This document shows positions 1-8,519 of a stretch of 15,061 bases of DNA, one piece after another. A program made the position numbers and the translations under genes. The notes beneath the pieces are model-generated. The model did no database searches. It saw nothing but the letters and a program-made list of their open reading frames with translations, and was not told where the DNA came from. Source of the DNA: a virus; IMG/VR virus record IMGVR_UViG_3300021400_000072; one strand, 5' to 3'. Each line of letters opens with the position of its first letter. The first letter of the stretch is position 1.

Positions 1-61
1 CAAAAACAAATCAATGTATTATACGGAATTGATAAATGGTAATTAAATGAGGTGAATAAAC

Positions 62-1486
62 ATGGCAAATAATGATAATATTATTTATGCTAAATTTAAT
101 CATGGTCGTGAAATAACGACCGATTCACGCTCTCAGTATGCTTATGGGCAGGTGTTGAAAATAAGCGGACTTCACCTGCCCGCAAGTTTTGATGCAGACA
201 TTTCAAACAAAGGTGATAAGCAAGCAAAAGTTGTAATAGGAACAGATAATGAATTACCAATAGATGATGCGTACTTCTTATCAGGCAAAGACGTTATCGT
301 AATGATCAATGTGCATGCCGCAGATAAAGATGGGCGTACTAAATATATTGTCAGAATTCCTGTTGAAAAACGTCCTATTCGTGCAGACATTGAATTAGAA
401 CCTGTCGAACAGGACGTTGTTTCTACAGCTATTGCCACTTTAAATGAAGCTGTTGAACAAACATCGGCAAGTGCGGAAAGTGCCGAAAATAGTGCAAATC
501 GTGCTCAACAGTCAGCAATAAAAGCAGAAACATCAGCAACTAACGCATCTAATTCAGAAACATTGGCACAACAGTATATGGAACGTGCTGAAACTGCCGC
601 CGAAAACGCGGAACAGTCTGAAACAAAAGCAAAAGCTAGTGAAGATAACGCTAAAGCATCTGAGACACATGCTGAACAAATTGCAAATGATATAGAACAA
701 TTTACAGAGCGTGCGGAAACCGCTTCCCGTAATGCAGAATCTTCTGCTACTACTGTTACAGAAAAAGCTAGTGAAGCGTTGAATAGTGCGAATATTGCAT
801 CAGCTAAAGCTAATGAAGCATCAACTTCCGCAACAAACGCACAGAACTCTGCGGATAATGCACAACAATTTGCTACAGGTGCACAAGAATCCGCAAATTC
901 TGCATTAGCATCCGCAAATAAAGCGTTAGTAAATGCAGAGAAAACGCAAAGTGATAAAGAAATAGTTGAACTCGCTAAGTCTAATGTGCTATCTGCTGTA
1001 GGTGAAGCGCAGAATTATGCTGAGTCCGCGCAATCTGCAAATCAAGCTATTCAAAATATGAATGTACAAGCAACCACATTAGAATCTGATTCTGATGCTA
1101 CTGTTGAAAAGTCTGTTGATTCTGTGACTGGCACAGTCACTCTTACATATGGTATCCCTAAAGGAATCAAAGGCGAAAAGGGTGACACAGGAAATAAAGG
1201 CGATAAGGGCGATCCATTTGTTTACTCTGATTTTACTCCCGAACAGCTTGCTTCTCTTAAAGGTGAAAAAGGTGATAAGGGCGATAAAGGAGACCAAGGA
1301 ATTCAAGGTGAACAGGGAATTCAAGGTATTCAGGGTATAAAAGGAGATACTGGTAATTCTGGTGTATATATTGGGGATACCGAACCTACTGATCCGCAAA
1401 TAATAGTTTGGGTAGATACTTCAAAAAATGATGATACAAATAATACTGTGGGAGAAGCAATAGTAGGTAATGCTATAGTAGAATAA
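62..1486 (+). CDS. Tail fibre / baseplate-like structural protein: globular N-terminal domain, long Ala/Ser/Glu/Gln-rich low-complexity (coiled-coil-like) middle region, C-terminal collagen-like G-X-Y repeats (GDKGDTGNKGDKGDP ... GIQGEQGIQGIQGIKGDTG)
   Basis: 474-aa uninterrupted ORF; RBS gaggtg 7 nt upstream of ATG 62; stop TAA; collagen-like G-X-Y triplets visible in translation; architecture typical of phage fibre/receptor-binding proteins (inference). Confidence 0.6.
   Translation: MANNDNIIYAKFNHGREITTDSRSQYAYGQVLKISGLHLPASFDADISNKGDKQAKVVIGTDNELPIDDAYFLSGKDVIVMINVHAADKDGRTKYIVRIPVEKRPIRADIELEPVEQDVVSTAIATLNEAVEQTSASAESAENSANRAQQSAIKAETSATNASNSETLAQQYMERAETAAENAEQSETKAKASEDNAKASETHAEQIANDIEQFTERAETASRNAESSATTVTEKASEALNSANIASAKANEASTSATNAQNSADNAQQFATGAQESANSALASANKALVNAEKTQSDKEIVELAKSNVLSAVGEAQNYAESAQSANQAIQNMNVQATTLESDSDATVEKSVDSVTGTVTLTYGIPKGIKGEKGDTGNKGDKGDPFVYSDFTPEQLASLKGEKGDKGDKGDQGIQGEQGIQGIQGIKGDTGNSGVYIGDTEPTDPQIIVWVDTSKNDDTNNTVGEAIVGNAIVE
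1159..1370 (+). repeat. 9-bp periodic collagen-like (G-X-Y) coding repeats; a second block at 3049-3160
   Basis: ggtgataagggcgat / ggaattcaaggt units. Confidence 0.7.
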
Positions 1487-1501
1487 AAAGGAGATAATGA
1501 T

Positions 1502-2968
1502 ATGGCTTATATAAAAACTGTTTGGGAAAACGGTGACGTGATTACCAAAGAAAAATTAAATAATATAGAAGATGGAATCGCAAATGCTGGTGGCGGTGGA
1601 AGTCCAATGAAATCTACTACCCATGCAGAACTTTTGGCGATGCGTAACGCTGGGACGTTGACACCGGGAATGCAGTACCGTATCACAGACTATGTTTGTA
1701 CCACTACACAGGAAGAGTCAAGGGCGGTATCGCATCCCTTTGATATTATCGTTGTTGCGGACGATGCATCGACATTAAATGAAAATGCCCGTGCGTGCTT
1801 GCATGAGGGCGATACCTATTATACAGCCGAAAACCACTCAGCAAACCTTGAGGCGTGGGAGTTGAAATACTGTATCGACAACGACGGGGATCGTTTCGCG
1901 TGGGCAGATGCTACCAACGGCAAGGGCGTCATCTTTTGGATGAAAGATGAACGTGGCAACGAGTGCCCTTATGACTTTAAACAGATTCAGTTTAAACGGT
2001 ATAAAATCACAGAATGTACCGTGCAGAGTCTTGTTGGAATGTTAACTGCTCTTGAACACGGGAAGGCTATCACGGCAGTTGATGAGGCCAACCCGGTATG
2101 GGTCTATACATTCAGCGTTTATGATCCAGAGGCTGAGACACCGACTTATGAGGACGGGTCTGTTGCTGTGATGAATGAGGCTATGGGTTGTATAGTTTAT
2201 GGTAACGTCATTAAATGTTATCTAAACTACGCCGATATGACAGAGTATACTGGGCCGTATGTCAATTATTTGAACAATATTGTTTTCGACAACACCTTTG
2301 GGAAGCTTTGTTACAACAACGCCTTTGAGAACGGTTGCAATAGCAATACCTTTTCGAACAGTTTCACTAACAACACCTTTGGTGGCGAATGTAGTAGAAA
2401 CACCTTTGGGAAAAATTGCAATAGAAACACCTTTGGTAATTATTTCAGCGGCAACACCTTTGGGAGCAATTTCATCAGCAACACATTTGGGCACACTTGC
2501 AGTGGCAATACTTTTTCGGACAGTTGCAGTATGAATAGCCTCAGAAACGGTTGCGGTAGCAATACCTTTGGGAAAGGTTGCACTAACAACACCTTTGGCG
2601 GTTACTGCACTGATAACACCTTCGGGGAAAATTGCGCTAACAACACCTTCGGGGAAAATTGCGCTAACAACACCTTTGGGGACCGTTGTTACAGCAACAC
2701 CTTTGGGGAGTATTGTGGTGGCAACACCTTTGGGGAGTATTGTAGGGGCAACACCTTTGGGGAGTATTGCATATTCATTAATATACCGGCTGGAACCAAT
2801 GCATCACCTAAATGGTTTTATCATATCCTCTCTGGCACAAGAGGTACAAGTTCAGCCCCTCTTACAATCCCCGGTGAAGGTGGTAATAACTACGTAACAT
2901 ATGTTGGCTTAGACTCTAGCGGTGAACTTAAAACGTGGGTTCCCGCAGATTTAGTTACTTCACCGTAA
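1502..2968 (+). CDS. Structural (tail fibre/spike-like) protein with ~22 tandem nonapeptide repeats NTFGxxCxx (predicted beta-solenoid-like repeat region), globular N- and C-terminal parts
   Basis: 488-aa ORF; RBS aaaggagataatg; stop TAA; highly regular 27-nt DNA periodicity 2290-2770 producing NTFG(E/K/G)xC.. repeats. Confidence 0.55.
   Translation: MAYIKTVWENGDVITKEKLNNIEDGIANAGGGGSPMKSTTHAELLAMRNAGTLTPGMQYRITDYVCTTTQEESRAVSHPFDIIVVADDASTLNENARACLHEGDTYYTAENHSANLEAWELKYCIDNDGDRFAWADATNGKGVIFWMKDERGNECPYDFKQIQFKRYKITECTVQSLVGMLTALEHGKAITAVDEANPVWVYTFSVYDPEAETPTYEDGSVAVMNEAMGCIVYGNVIKCYLNYADMTEYTGPYVNYLNNIVFDNTFGKLCYNNAFENGCNSNTFSNSFTNNTFGGECSRNTFGKNCNRNTFGNYFSGNTFGSNFISNTFGHTCSGNTFSDSCSMNSLRNGCGSNTFGKGCTNNTFGGYCTDNTFGENCANNTFGENCANNTFGDRCYSNTFGEYCGGNTFGEYCRGNTFGEYCIFINIPAGTNASPKWFYHILSGTRGTSSAPLTIPGEGGNNYVTYVGLDSSGELKTWVPADLVTSP
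2290..2770 (+). repeat. Tandem 27-bp coding repeats (nonapeptide NTFGxxCxx) inside gene 1502..2968
   Basis: Regular periodicity of aacacctttgg-containing units; also explains the spurious overlapping ORFs in other frames. Confidence 0.8.
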
Positions 2969-2994
2969 TTTAAGAAAAAGTGAGGTGATTTAAC

Positions 2995-3399
2995 ATGAGT
3001 AAATTAAAAATAAAAGACAAAAACGGGAAATGGGTTGAAATTACTGGTATAAAGGGAGACAAGGGCGATACTGGTAAACAGGGTATCCAAGGTGAACGTG
3101 GAGAAAAAGGTGATAAAGGTGACACAGGTGCATCGGGTCGTGACGGTGTAGACGGCATCTCCCCGACCGTAACTATAACCCTCATCACAGGCGGTCACAG
3201 AATCACTATCACGGATAAGGACGGCACAAAGACGGCTGATGTGATGGACGGAACTACTCCAAGCCTTACCAACTATGTGCAGTTTACCGACCTTGCCACA
3301 ACATCCAGAGCAGGTGCAATGTCCGCACAGGATAAGAGCAGACTTGATGATGTGTATGCGGATTATTCAAGCGCACTTACAGCATTGGGGGTGATTTGA
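2995..3399 (+). CDS. Collagen-like (G-X-Y)n repeat protein, probable fibre component
   Basis: 134-aa ORF; RBS gtgaggtga; GIKGDKGDTGKQGIQGERGEKGDKGDTGASGRDGVDG collagen-like run; stop TGA immediately followed by next ATG (3401). Confidence 0.55.
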   Translation: MSKLKIKDKNGKWVEITGIKGDKGDTGKQGIQGERGEKGDKGDTGASGRDGVDGISPTVTITLITGGHRITITDKDGTKTADVMDGTTPSLTNYVQFTDLATTSRAGAMSAQDKSRLDDVYADYSSALTALGVI

Positions 3400-3400
3400 T

Positions 3401-4075
3401 ATGGCAACTCCATTAACAGATAGCATCAATGCCTTGACCACTTATGCTAATGATGTCACAGGGGCATCGGATACAACATTGTCGGATGCAGTGCATACAC
3501 TTGGGAGTGGGTATGGCGGTTCAGCAACTCTCATCACCAAAACCATCACCGCCAATGGCACATATTCCGCAAGTGATGATTCCGCAGATGGATATTCAGA
3601 GGTTACGGTAAATGTACCAAGCAGTGGATCATCTGCATGGACTAATGTTGCGGAAACGAGTTATTATGTTAGTACGACATCAACGACCACAGAAACGGTG
3701 GACACATGGGCAACAGGACATAGCGAGATATGGACAAGGTCTAAGTGGGTGTATGTTCGCATAAGGGACACGGCAGGAAAAAGAAATGACTATTTTTATG
3801 GAAGCGATCAATTTTTTATGATTCCTTCCACTACTTCGACATCAACAACGTCTGGTATTCGGTATTATATGAGATGTAATTCAGACGGAATTTATTTTGC
3901 TAGTTCAACATCTGGAACAGCTGGATTCGGAGTGTACGCTGATACGCTTTACTCAGACGGTAGAATAAGAATCCGTAAAAGATATAGCAGTAATGCTTCT
4001 TTTACCGTTGACGGCACATACAAAGTCGAAGTCTACCTTCTTGACCCGCCAACAGGCGCACCAATCTTTGAATAA
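3401..4075 (+). CDS. Ser/Thr-rich hypothetical protein, likely distal fibre/structural domain
   Basis: 224-aa ORF translationally coupled to upstream gene (TGATATG overlap-type junction); stop TAA. Confidence 0.45.
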   Translation: MATPLTDSINALTTYANDVTGASDTTLSDAVHTLGSGYGGSATLITKTITANGTYSASDDSADGYSEVTVNVPSSGSSAWTNVAETSYYVSTTSTTTETVDTWATGHSEIWTRSKWVYVRIRDTAGKRNDYFYGSDQFFMIPSTTSTSTTSGIRYYMRCNSDGIYFASSTSGTAGFGVYADTLYSDGRIRIRKRYSSNASFTVDGTYKVEVYLLDPPTGAPIFE

Positions 4076-4092
4076 CGAAAGGAGAATTATAA

Positions 4093-4334
4093 TGTATCAG
4101 TATTACATTACCGAAGTCCGCAAGACTATAACAGGCGAATTTGAGCATGACAACTATTGGGTCTACGATGAGGACGAGCAGACCGCAAGGCTCAAGGGCG
4201 AAGGAAAATTCCACGAAGTTCTGAGCCGTGCGGCAACGTCCACATTTGCAGAGCACGGAGCAATCCTGTTTACATCCACATGCTATCCCATCAAGCACGA
4301 ATGCTATACACATGGAGCAGAGCAGGAAGAATAA
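4093..4334 (+). CDS. Small hypothetical protein (80 aa), paralogue of 4528..4803
   Basis: RBS aaaggag 7 nt upstream of ATG 4093 (the ORF-track start at 3993 lies inside the upstream gene and lacks an RBS); MYQYYITEV...ARLKGEGKFHEVLS...FTS motif shared with paralogue; stop TAA. Confidence 0.5.
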
Positions 4335-4343
4335 GGAGACGCC

Positions 4344-4513
4344 ATGCTGACATACTGCTTTGAGACCACAGCATCAGCAGGTACGGAGATACATCAAACC
4401 TGTATGCCACATATTCTAATGGCACACTGACTATTGATACGGTATCCAACACGTCAGCAAGGCGATTTCGTTCGGGACAGACGTATAATTATACGTTGAT
4501 TAAGTGGACATAA
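4344..4513 (+). pseudogene. Possible frameshifted or decayed small gene between the two paralogues (ATG 4344 with good RBS runs only 28 codons; an overlapping start-less frame stays open from 4364 to TAA 4511)
   Basis: RBS aaggagacgcc + ATG 4344; frame 0 stops at TGA 4428; alternate frame open 4364-4513 without a start codon. Confidence 0.2.
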
Positions 4514-4527
4514 AGGAGGAAATAATT

Positions 4528-4803
4528 ATGACTCAATACTATATCATGGAACTTCAAAAATATGCGGACGGTTCTTACGGTGACATTAAACACATTGCGT
4601 ATGACGAAGACCCCACAAGAGCAAGACTTAAAGGTGAAAGTAAGTTTTATGAAATTTTATCGGCAGCCGCTGTAAGTGAATTGCCAGTACATGCCGCTAT
4701 CATGTTTACATCTGAGGGTGTACCTGTAATGAATCAGAGGTACGTACATGCGATTCCGCAGGAAGAGGTTGAGCCTAAAGAGGAAACACCTGAAGATGAA
4801 TAA
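4528..4803 (+). CDS. Small hypothetical protein (91 aa), paralogue of 4093..4334
   Basis: RBS aaaggagg 8 nt upstream of ATG 4528 (the ORF-track start at 4504 would place the RBS inside the ORF); MTQYYIMEL...ARLKGESKFYEILS...FTS shared with paralogue; stop TAA. Confidence 0.5.
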   Translation: MTQYYIMELQKYADGSYGDIKHIAYDEDPTRARLKGESKFYEILSAAAVSELPVHAAIMFTSEGVPVMNQRYVHAIPQEEVEPKEETPEDE

Positions 4804-4873
4804 GTAATTAAATAAAAAATTTTTGCTTATAATGGACAAATTTTATAAATTCATTTAATTTAAAATTTATATA

Positions 4874-4921
4874 TTGTTGGAGGGGAGAATAAAACTTCCT
4901 TCCAACAAATGTATACATTTT
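4874..4921 (+). promoter_or_regulatory. 13-bp stem hairpin (ttgttggagggga ... ttccttccaacaa, two G-U) followed 8 nt later by a T5 run; weak terminator or leader structure just upstream of the TAG-containing gene block. Extended -10-like tgcttataat at 4822-4831 upstream.
   Basis: Direct inspection. Confidence 0.35.
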
Positions 4922-4945
4922 TAGAGATAAAAGGAGAATGATAAA

Positions 4946-5443
4946 ATGGCCAATTTTAATCAAAATGGGATGAATGGTATAATACCTAATCAATATCCCT
5001 ATACTAACAATTTAATAATGAATACTCCTTACGATAATTATCTTGGGAGAAATAATGTAACTGTAAACGCAAATGGTCAAAATTATCCAAATCAATTTTT
5101 AAAATGCAGGCCAGTTGCATCTAAAGAATAGGCAAGAGCCGCTCAGATAGATTTAGATGGCTCTCTATGGGTTTTTACTGATGTTGGAAATTAGAAAATT
5201 TATACTAAACAAATAAATTATGATGGAACAGCAACTTTTAAAACCTATGCTTTAACTGCTGATGAAAATCCTTATAATTCTTCTGAATATGTTACAAAAG
5301 ATGAATTTAATAGTGTAATACAAAGTTTAATGGCGGCAATTCAGTCTCAACCCGTTACCCAAAAAGTTTAGACCGAATCCGCATAGAATAATAAAAATAC
5401 TGGACAAAGCAGTAATAATAATTTTATAGTTAAGAGGGTATAA
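4946..5443 (+). CDS. Hypothetical N/Q/Y-rich protein (165 aa) containing 4 in-frame TAG codons (5129, 5192, 5369, 5384) that would have to be read as sense
   Basis: RBS aaaggagaatg; frame stays open through four TAGs with no TAA/TGA until TAA 5441, in roughly 70% AT DNA; next gene's ATG 6 nt downstream. Confidence 0.5.
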
Positions 5444-5448
5444 TTATT

Positions 5449-5679
5449 ATGAATGTAAATCCGATTCAATTAATAAATATGATAAAAAACGGTCAAAATC
5501 CTCAACAGCTTATGATGAATATTTTAGGACAAAATAATCCTATTCTTAAAAATGCAATGAATCTAGCGCAAAACGGGAACACATCTGCTTTATAGATGAT
5601 TGCACGTAATTTAGCACAACAAAGAGGTTTGGATTTTGATACAGAATTTGCAAAATTTAAAAATTATTTAAATCAATAA
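5449..5679 (+). CDS. Small hypothetical protein (76 aa) with 1 in-frame TAG (5593)
   Basis: RBS aagagggta; ATG 5449; single in-frame TAG then continues to TAA 5677; followed 12 nt later by next gene with RBS. Confidence 0.45.
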
Positions 5680-5691
5680 TGGGAGATACAA

Positions 5692-6459
5692 ATGTTTAAT
5701 AATAATACTAATGGATATTCCTTATCTGATATTGCAGCCGCAACAGGCAATAATAATAATGGTTTTGGTTTTAATGGCGATGGAGCCTGGATCTTTTTCT
5801 TATTTATTTTAATGCTTGCGGGCGGTTGGAATAATAACGGTTTCGGTGGAAATGGACAGCCTGCTGTTATAGCTGATGTTCAACGTGGTTTTGATCAGAG
5901 TGCCCTTATGAATAGTTTAAACGGTGTGACTGCCGCAATAAATACTGGCTTTTCAAATGCGGAAGTATCTCGTTGTAATTCACAAGCGAATATCCTACAA
6001 ACATTAAACAATAATCAAGCAAATCTATCTACTCAATTAAATACAATAGCAATGAATCAACAGAACTGTTGTTGTTAGAATAGAGCGGGATTAGCTGATC
6101 TGAAGTATACTGTAGCTACAGAAGCATGTGCAGACCGCACAGCAGTTACAGATGCTTTAAGAGATGTAATTGCATCAAATACAGCAAATACACAGGCCAT
6201 TCTTGATAAACTTTGTCAACAATAGATTGAATCTCTCAAGGCTCAGAATCAACAGCTTCAGATGCAGGGTTATCTTGCTAATTTAGCAGCTTCTCAAAAT
6301 GCTCAAACTGGACAGATTCTTGCAGATAACGCGGCTCAGACAGCTACATTACGTCAGGCCTTAAATCCTACTCCTATCCCTGCATATGTTGTTGCAAATC
6401 CTAATGGATGCAACTGCGGAAACTGGAACGGATGTTGCGGTAACGGTTTTTATAACTGA
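5692..6459 (+). CDS. N/G/C-rich membrane-anchored protein (255 aa) with 2 in-frame TAGs (6076, 6223). N-terminus carries a Gly/Asn-rich segment followed by a hydrophobic helix (GFGFNGDGAWIFFLFILMLAGGW), resembling the tiny-TM, Gly-rich spore-associated peptides of Firmicutes. C-terminus is Cys-rich (NPNGCNCGNWNGCCGNGFYN).
   Basis: RBS gggagatacaa + ATG 5692; ORF-track pieces 5692..6078 and 6262..6459 are in the same frame and joined only by two TAGs; stop TGA 6457. Confidence 0.55.
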
Positions 6460-6474
6460 TAAGGAGGTTAATCC

Positions 6475-6930
6475 ATGGCTAGTTATGTAACAACTGCTGA
6501 TGCAACAGTAGCTTTAAATGGAACGATTCCCTTTAATAGTGTTTCTATTCCCTGTAACAAAGGTAATATTATTCCTATTGTTCCTGGAATTCTTAACTTA
6601 AATGGTAATACTTCTAATCGTTTTGCAAGATATGATATTACTCTCCAAGGAAATATTCAAATCCCTACAGGCGGAACAGTTACTCCTATAGCAATTGGAA
6701 TTACTCTTAATGGGGTAGTAATACCGTAGAGTGTTGCAATCGTAACACCTGCGGCCGCAGGAGAATATTGGCATGTAAATACTACAGCGTCTGTAACTGT
6801 TCCTTGTGGCTGTTGTTTAACCGTATCTGGAGCATATATAGACGGTACTGAAGATGACCCAGCTATAACTCCTACCCCTTCTATTTTAGTTAGACGTGGG
6901 GCTTCATTAACAGGAATCAGGACAGCATAA
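6475..6930 (+). CDS. Hypothetical protein (151 aa) with 1 in-frame TAG (6727)
   Basis: RBS aaggaggttaatcc + ATG 6475; frame continues past TAG 6727 to TAA 6928; antisense ORF 6657..7016 is therefore spurious. Confidence 0.5.
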
Positions 6931-6940
6931 GGAGGAAAAT

Positions 6941-7504
6941 ATGGGAACTGAAGCATTAAAAATGATGAAAGACCAACTAATGAGTTGTGTACAAAGTCAA
7001 CTTGGTGATATATCAAAGGCAGATGCCCATGAACTTGGTGAAGCTGTTGATATGATAAAAGATTTGTCTGAAGCGATATACTATTGTACTATTACTGATT
7101 CAATGGAAAAAGCAGAAGAAAAAGAAAAAACTTCTGTTAATAATATAAATTATTATACCACCCCATATCCAGATTATAGAAATATGGAACGCAATAATGG
7201 ATATATGTATTATTCTGGCGGGAATGGTGGTAATATGGGAGGTAATTCTAGCTCCAATGGCGGAACTACCTCTTATTATACTGAAATGATGAGAGATCCC
7301 CGTTAGGGAAGATCTCCAATAAGAAGAAGAATGTATATGGAAGGTAAAGAAATGCATAAAGATACAAGTTCTCAACTTCATGAACTAGAAGCATACCTTC
7401 AAGAACTTTCTTCAGACATAACAGAAATGATTAAAGACGCATCACCAGAAGAGAGAACTACATTACGTCAAAAAATGACCACATTAGCTAATAAAATTAA
7501 CTAA
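6941..7504 (+). CDS. Hypothetical protein (187 aa) with Gly/Asn/Tyr-rich low-complexity segment and 1 in-frame TAG (7304)
   Basis: RBS aaggaggaaaat + ATG 6941; frame open past TAG 7304 to TAA 7502. Confidence 0.5.
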
Positions 7505-7505
7505 T

Positions 7506-7820
7506 ATGTTTTTAATCAATAATGTTTATTGGAAACTCTCTTTTGTTGCTCCTAATTTTCCTTTATTACAAAGATTAAACGGAGAATTTTCAATAGGAGC
7601 ATGTGATAATCTTACTCGAACAATTTATATAAACGAAACGTTACAAGGAGATTTATTGCGGAAGGTACTTTGCCACGAAATAACACATGCTGCAATGTTT
7701 TCTTATAATGTTAATCTTTCTCTTGAGCAATAGGAATTGATAGCAGATTTAATTTCTACATATGGAGATGAGATTATTTATATAACAAATAAAATTTTTA
7801 ATAAATTAGGAAATATATAA
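7506..7820 (+). CDS. Small HExxH zinc-metallopeptidase-like protein (ImmA/IrrE-type motif VLCHEITHAAM) with 1 in-frame TAG (7731)
   Basis: ATG 7506 abuts upstream TAA (translational coupling); HEITH motif in translation; frame continues through TAG 7731 to TAA 7818; strong terminator follows. Confidence 0.45.
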
Positions 7821-7824
7821 ATTG

Positions 7825-7866
7825 ATAGCTGTCGGTTCTACTTTTAACCGACAGCTATTTTTTTTT
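7825..7866 (+). terminator. Rho-independent terminator (13-bp perfect stem atagctgtcggtt/aaccgacagctat, 7-nt loop, T9 tract)
   Basis: Direct inspection; lies right after the TAA of the HExxH gene. Confidence 0.85.
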
Positions 7867-7890
7867 AGAATTATAAAAAAGGGGAGATAA

Positions 7891-8400
7891 ATGAATCTAT
7901 TATAGACAATTGAAAAAATTATTCATCAAATTCGTCCTTTTGAAGGTATTAGTTCTTGTGTAATTTTTATTTTATTTATAATCGGCACAGTAATACAAAT
8001 TTCTCCTATAAAAATTAATCCTTGGGATTTTTTATTAGGGTGGATAGGAGAAAGATTTAATTCTGGAATTAATAAAAAAGTAGGGCAGTTAGAAAAGAAA
8101 ATAGATTAGCATATAGAAAGTAGTAAGAATAAAGATTTAAAATAGCAAAGATAGTATATTATTTCCTTTGTCGATGAAGGTGTTAATGGAAAACGACATA
8201 CAAAAGAATCTTTCTAGAATGCGATACGAGCTTGTGATGCATATGAGAAATATGTTCGTTAGAATGATATTGAAAATGGCGTTATCGTATCTTCTATTAG
8301 TGCCATTAGATTAAAATATGAACAACATTTAATTAATGCTGATTTTGCAACAGGCGAACATTATGTTGAAAATGCTAAATAGATGCAAAATGAAAACTGA
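7891..8400 (+). CDS. Membrane protein, holin-like: N-terminal hydrophobic helix, then coiled-coil/charged region. Contains 7 in-frame TAGs (7903, 8107, 8143, 8152, 8215, 8260, 8380).
   Basis: RBS aaaaggggagataa + ATG 7891; 169-codon frame with 7 TAG and zero TAA/TGA until TGA 8398; reads naturally if TAG is Gln (KIDQHIESS..KQQRQYI..FQNAIRACDAYEKYVRQND); flanked by terminators on both sides. Confidence 0.55.
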
Positions 8401-8470
8401 AATAAAAAATACCAAAACCTATTTTAGTTTCTGCATGTTGGTAGAGTGCGCGCCAAGCACCTTAATAACA

Positions 8471-8519
8471 CAAAAAGCCTCGATATGAGTCATATTCATA
8501 TCGAGGCTTTATTTTTTTA
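8471..8519. terminator. Bidirectional rho-independent terminator (15-bp perfect stem aaagcctcgatatga/tcatatcgaggcttt flanked by A5 and T7 runs) between convergent genes
   Basis: Direct inspection; separates + holin-like gene and - vWA gene. Confidence 0.85.

Noticed and set aside
172-438. Minus-strand ORF (88 aa) inside gene 62..1486
   Set aside because: Fully antisense to a long, well-supported CDS; no RBS; composition artefact
1079-1399. ORFs 1079..1399 (-) and 1149..1340 (+) in the collagen-repeat region
   Set aside because: Alternative frames of GXY/GDKGD coding repeats; overlap the 474-aa gene
2222-2897. ORFs 2222..2494 (-), 2280..2534 (+), 2568..2897 (+)
   Set aside because: Off-frame readings of the 27-bp NTFG tandem repeats inside gene 1502..2968
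2970-3198. Minus-strand ORFs 2970..3188 and 3004..3198
   Set aside because: Antisense to collagen-like gene 2995..3399; repeat-driven
3993-4334. Long start (3993) for ORF 3993..4334 and antisense ORF 4002..4313
   Set aside because: The start at 3993 lies within gene 3401..4075 and lacks an RBS; ATG 4093 has a proper RBS; the antisense ORF overlaps completely
4657-4993. Minus-strand ORFs 4657..4839 and 4808..4993
   Set aside because: Overlap + strand gene, terminator-like hairpin and RBS region; AT-rich chance ORFs
6657-7016. Minus-strand ORF 6657..7016 (119 aa)
   Set aside because: Antisense to + genes that are continuous once TAG is read through; spans an intergenic RBS
7100-7381. Minus-strand ORF 7100..7381
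   Set aside because: Antisense to TAG-containing + gene 6941..7504
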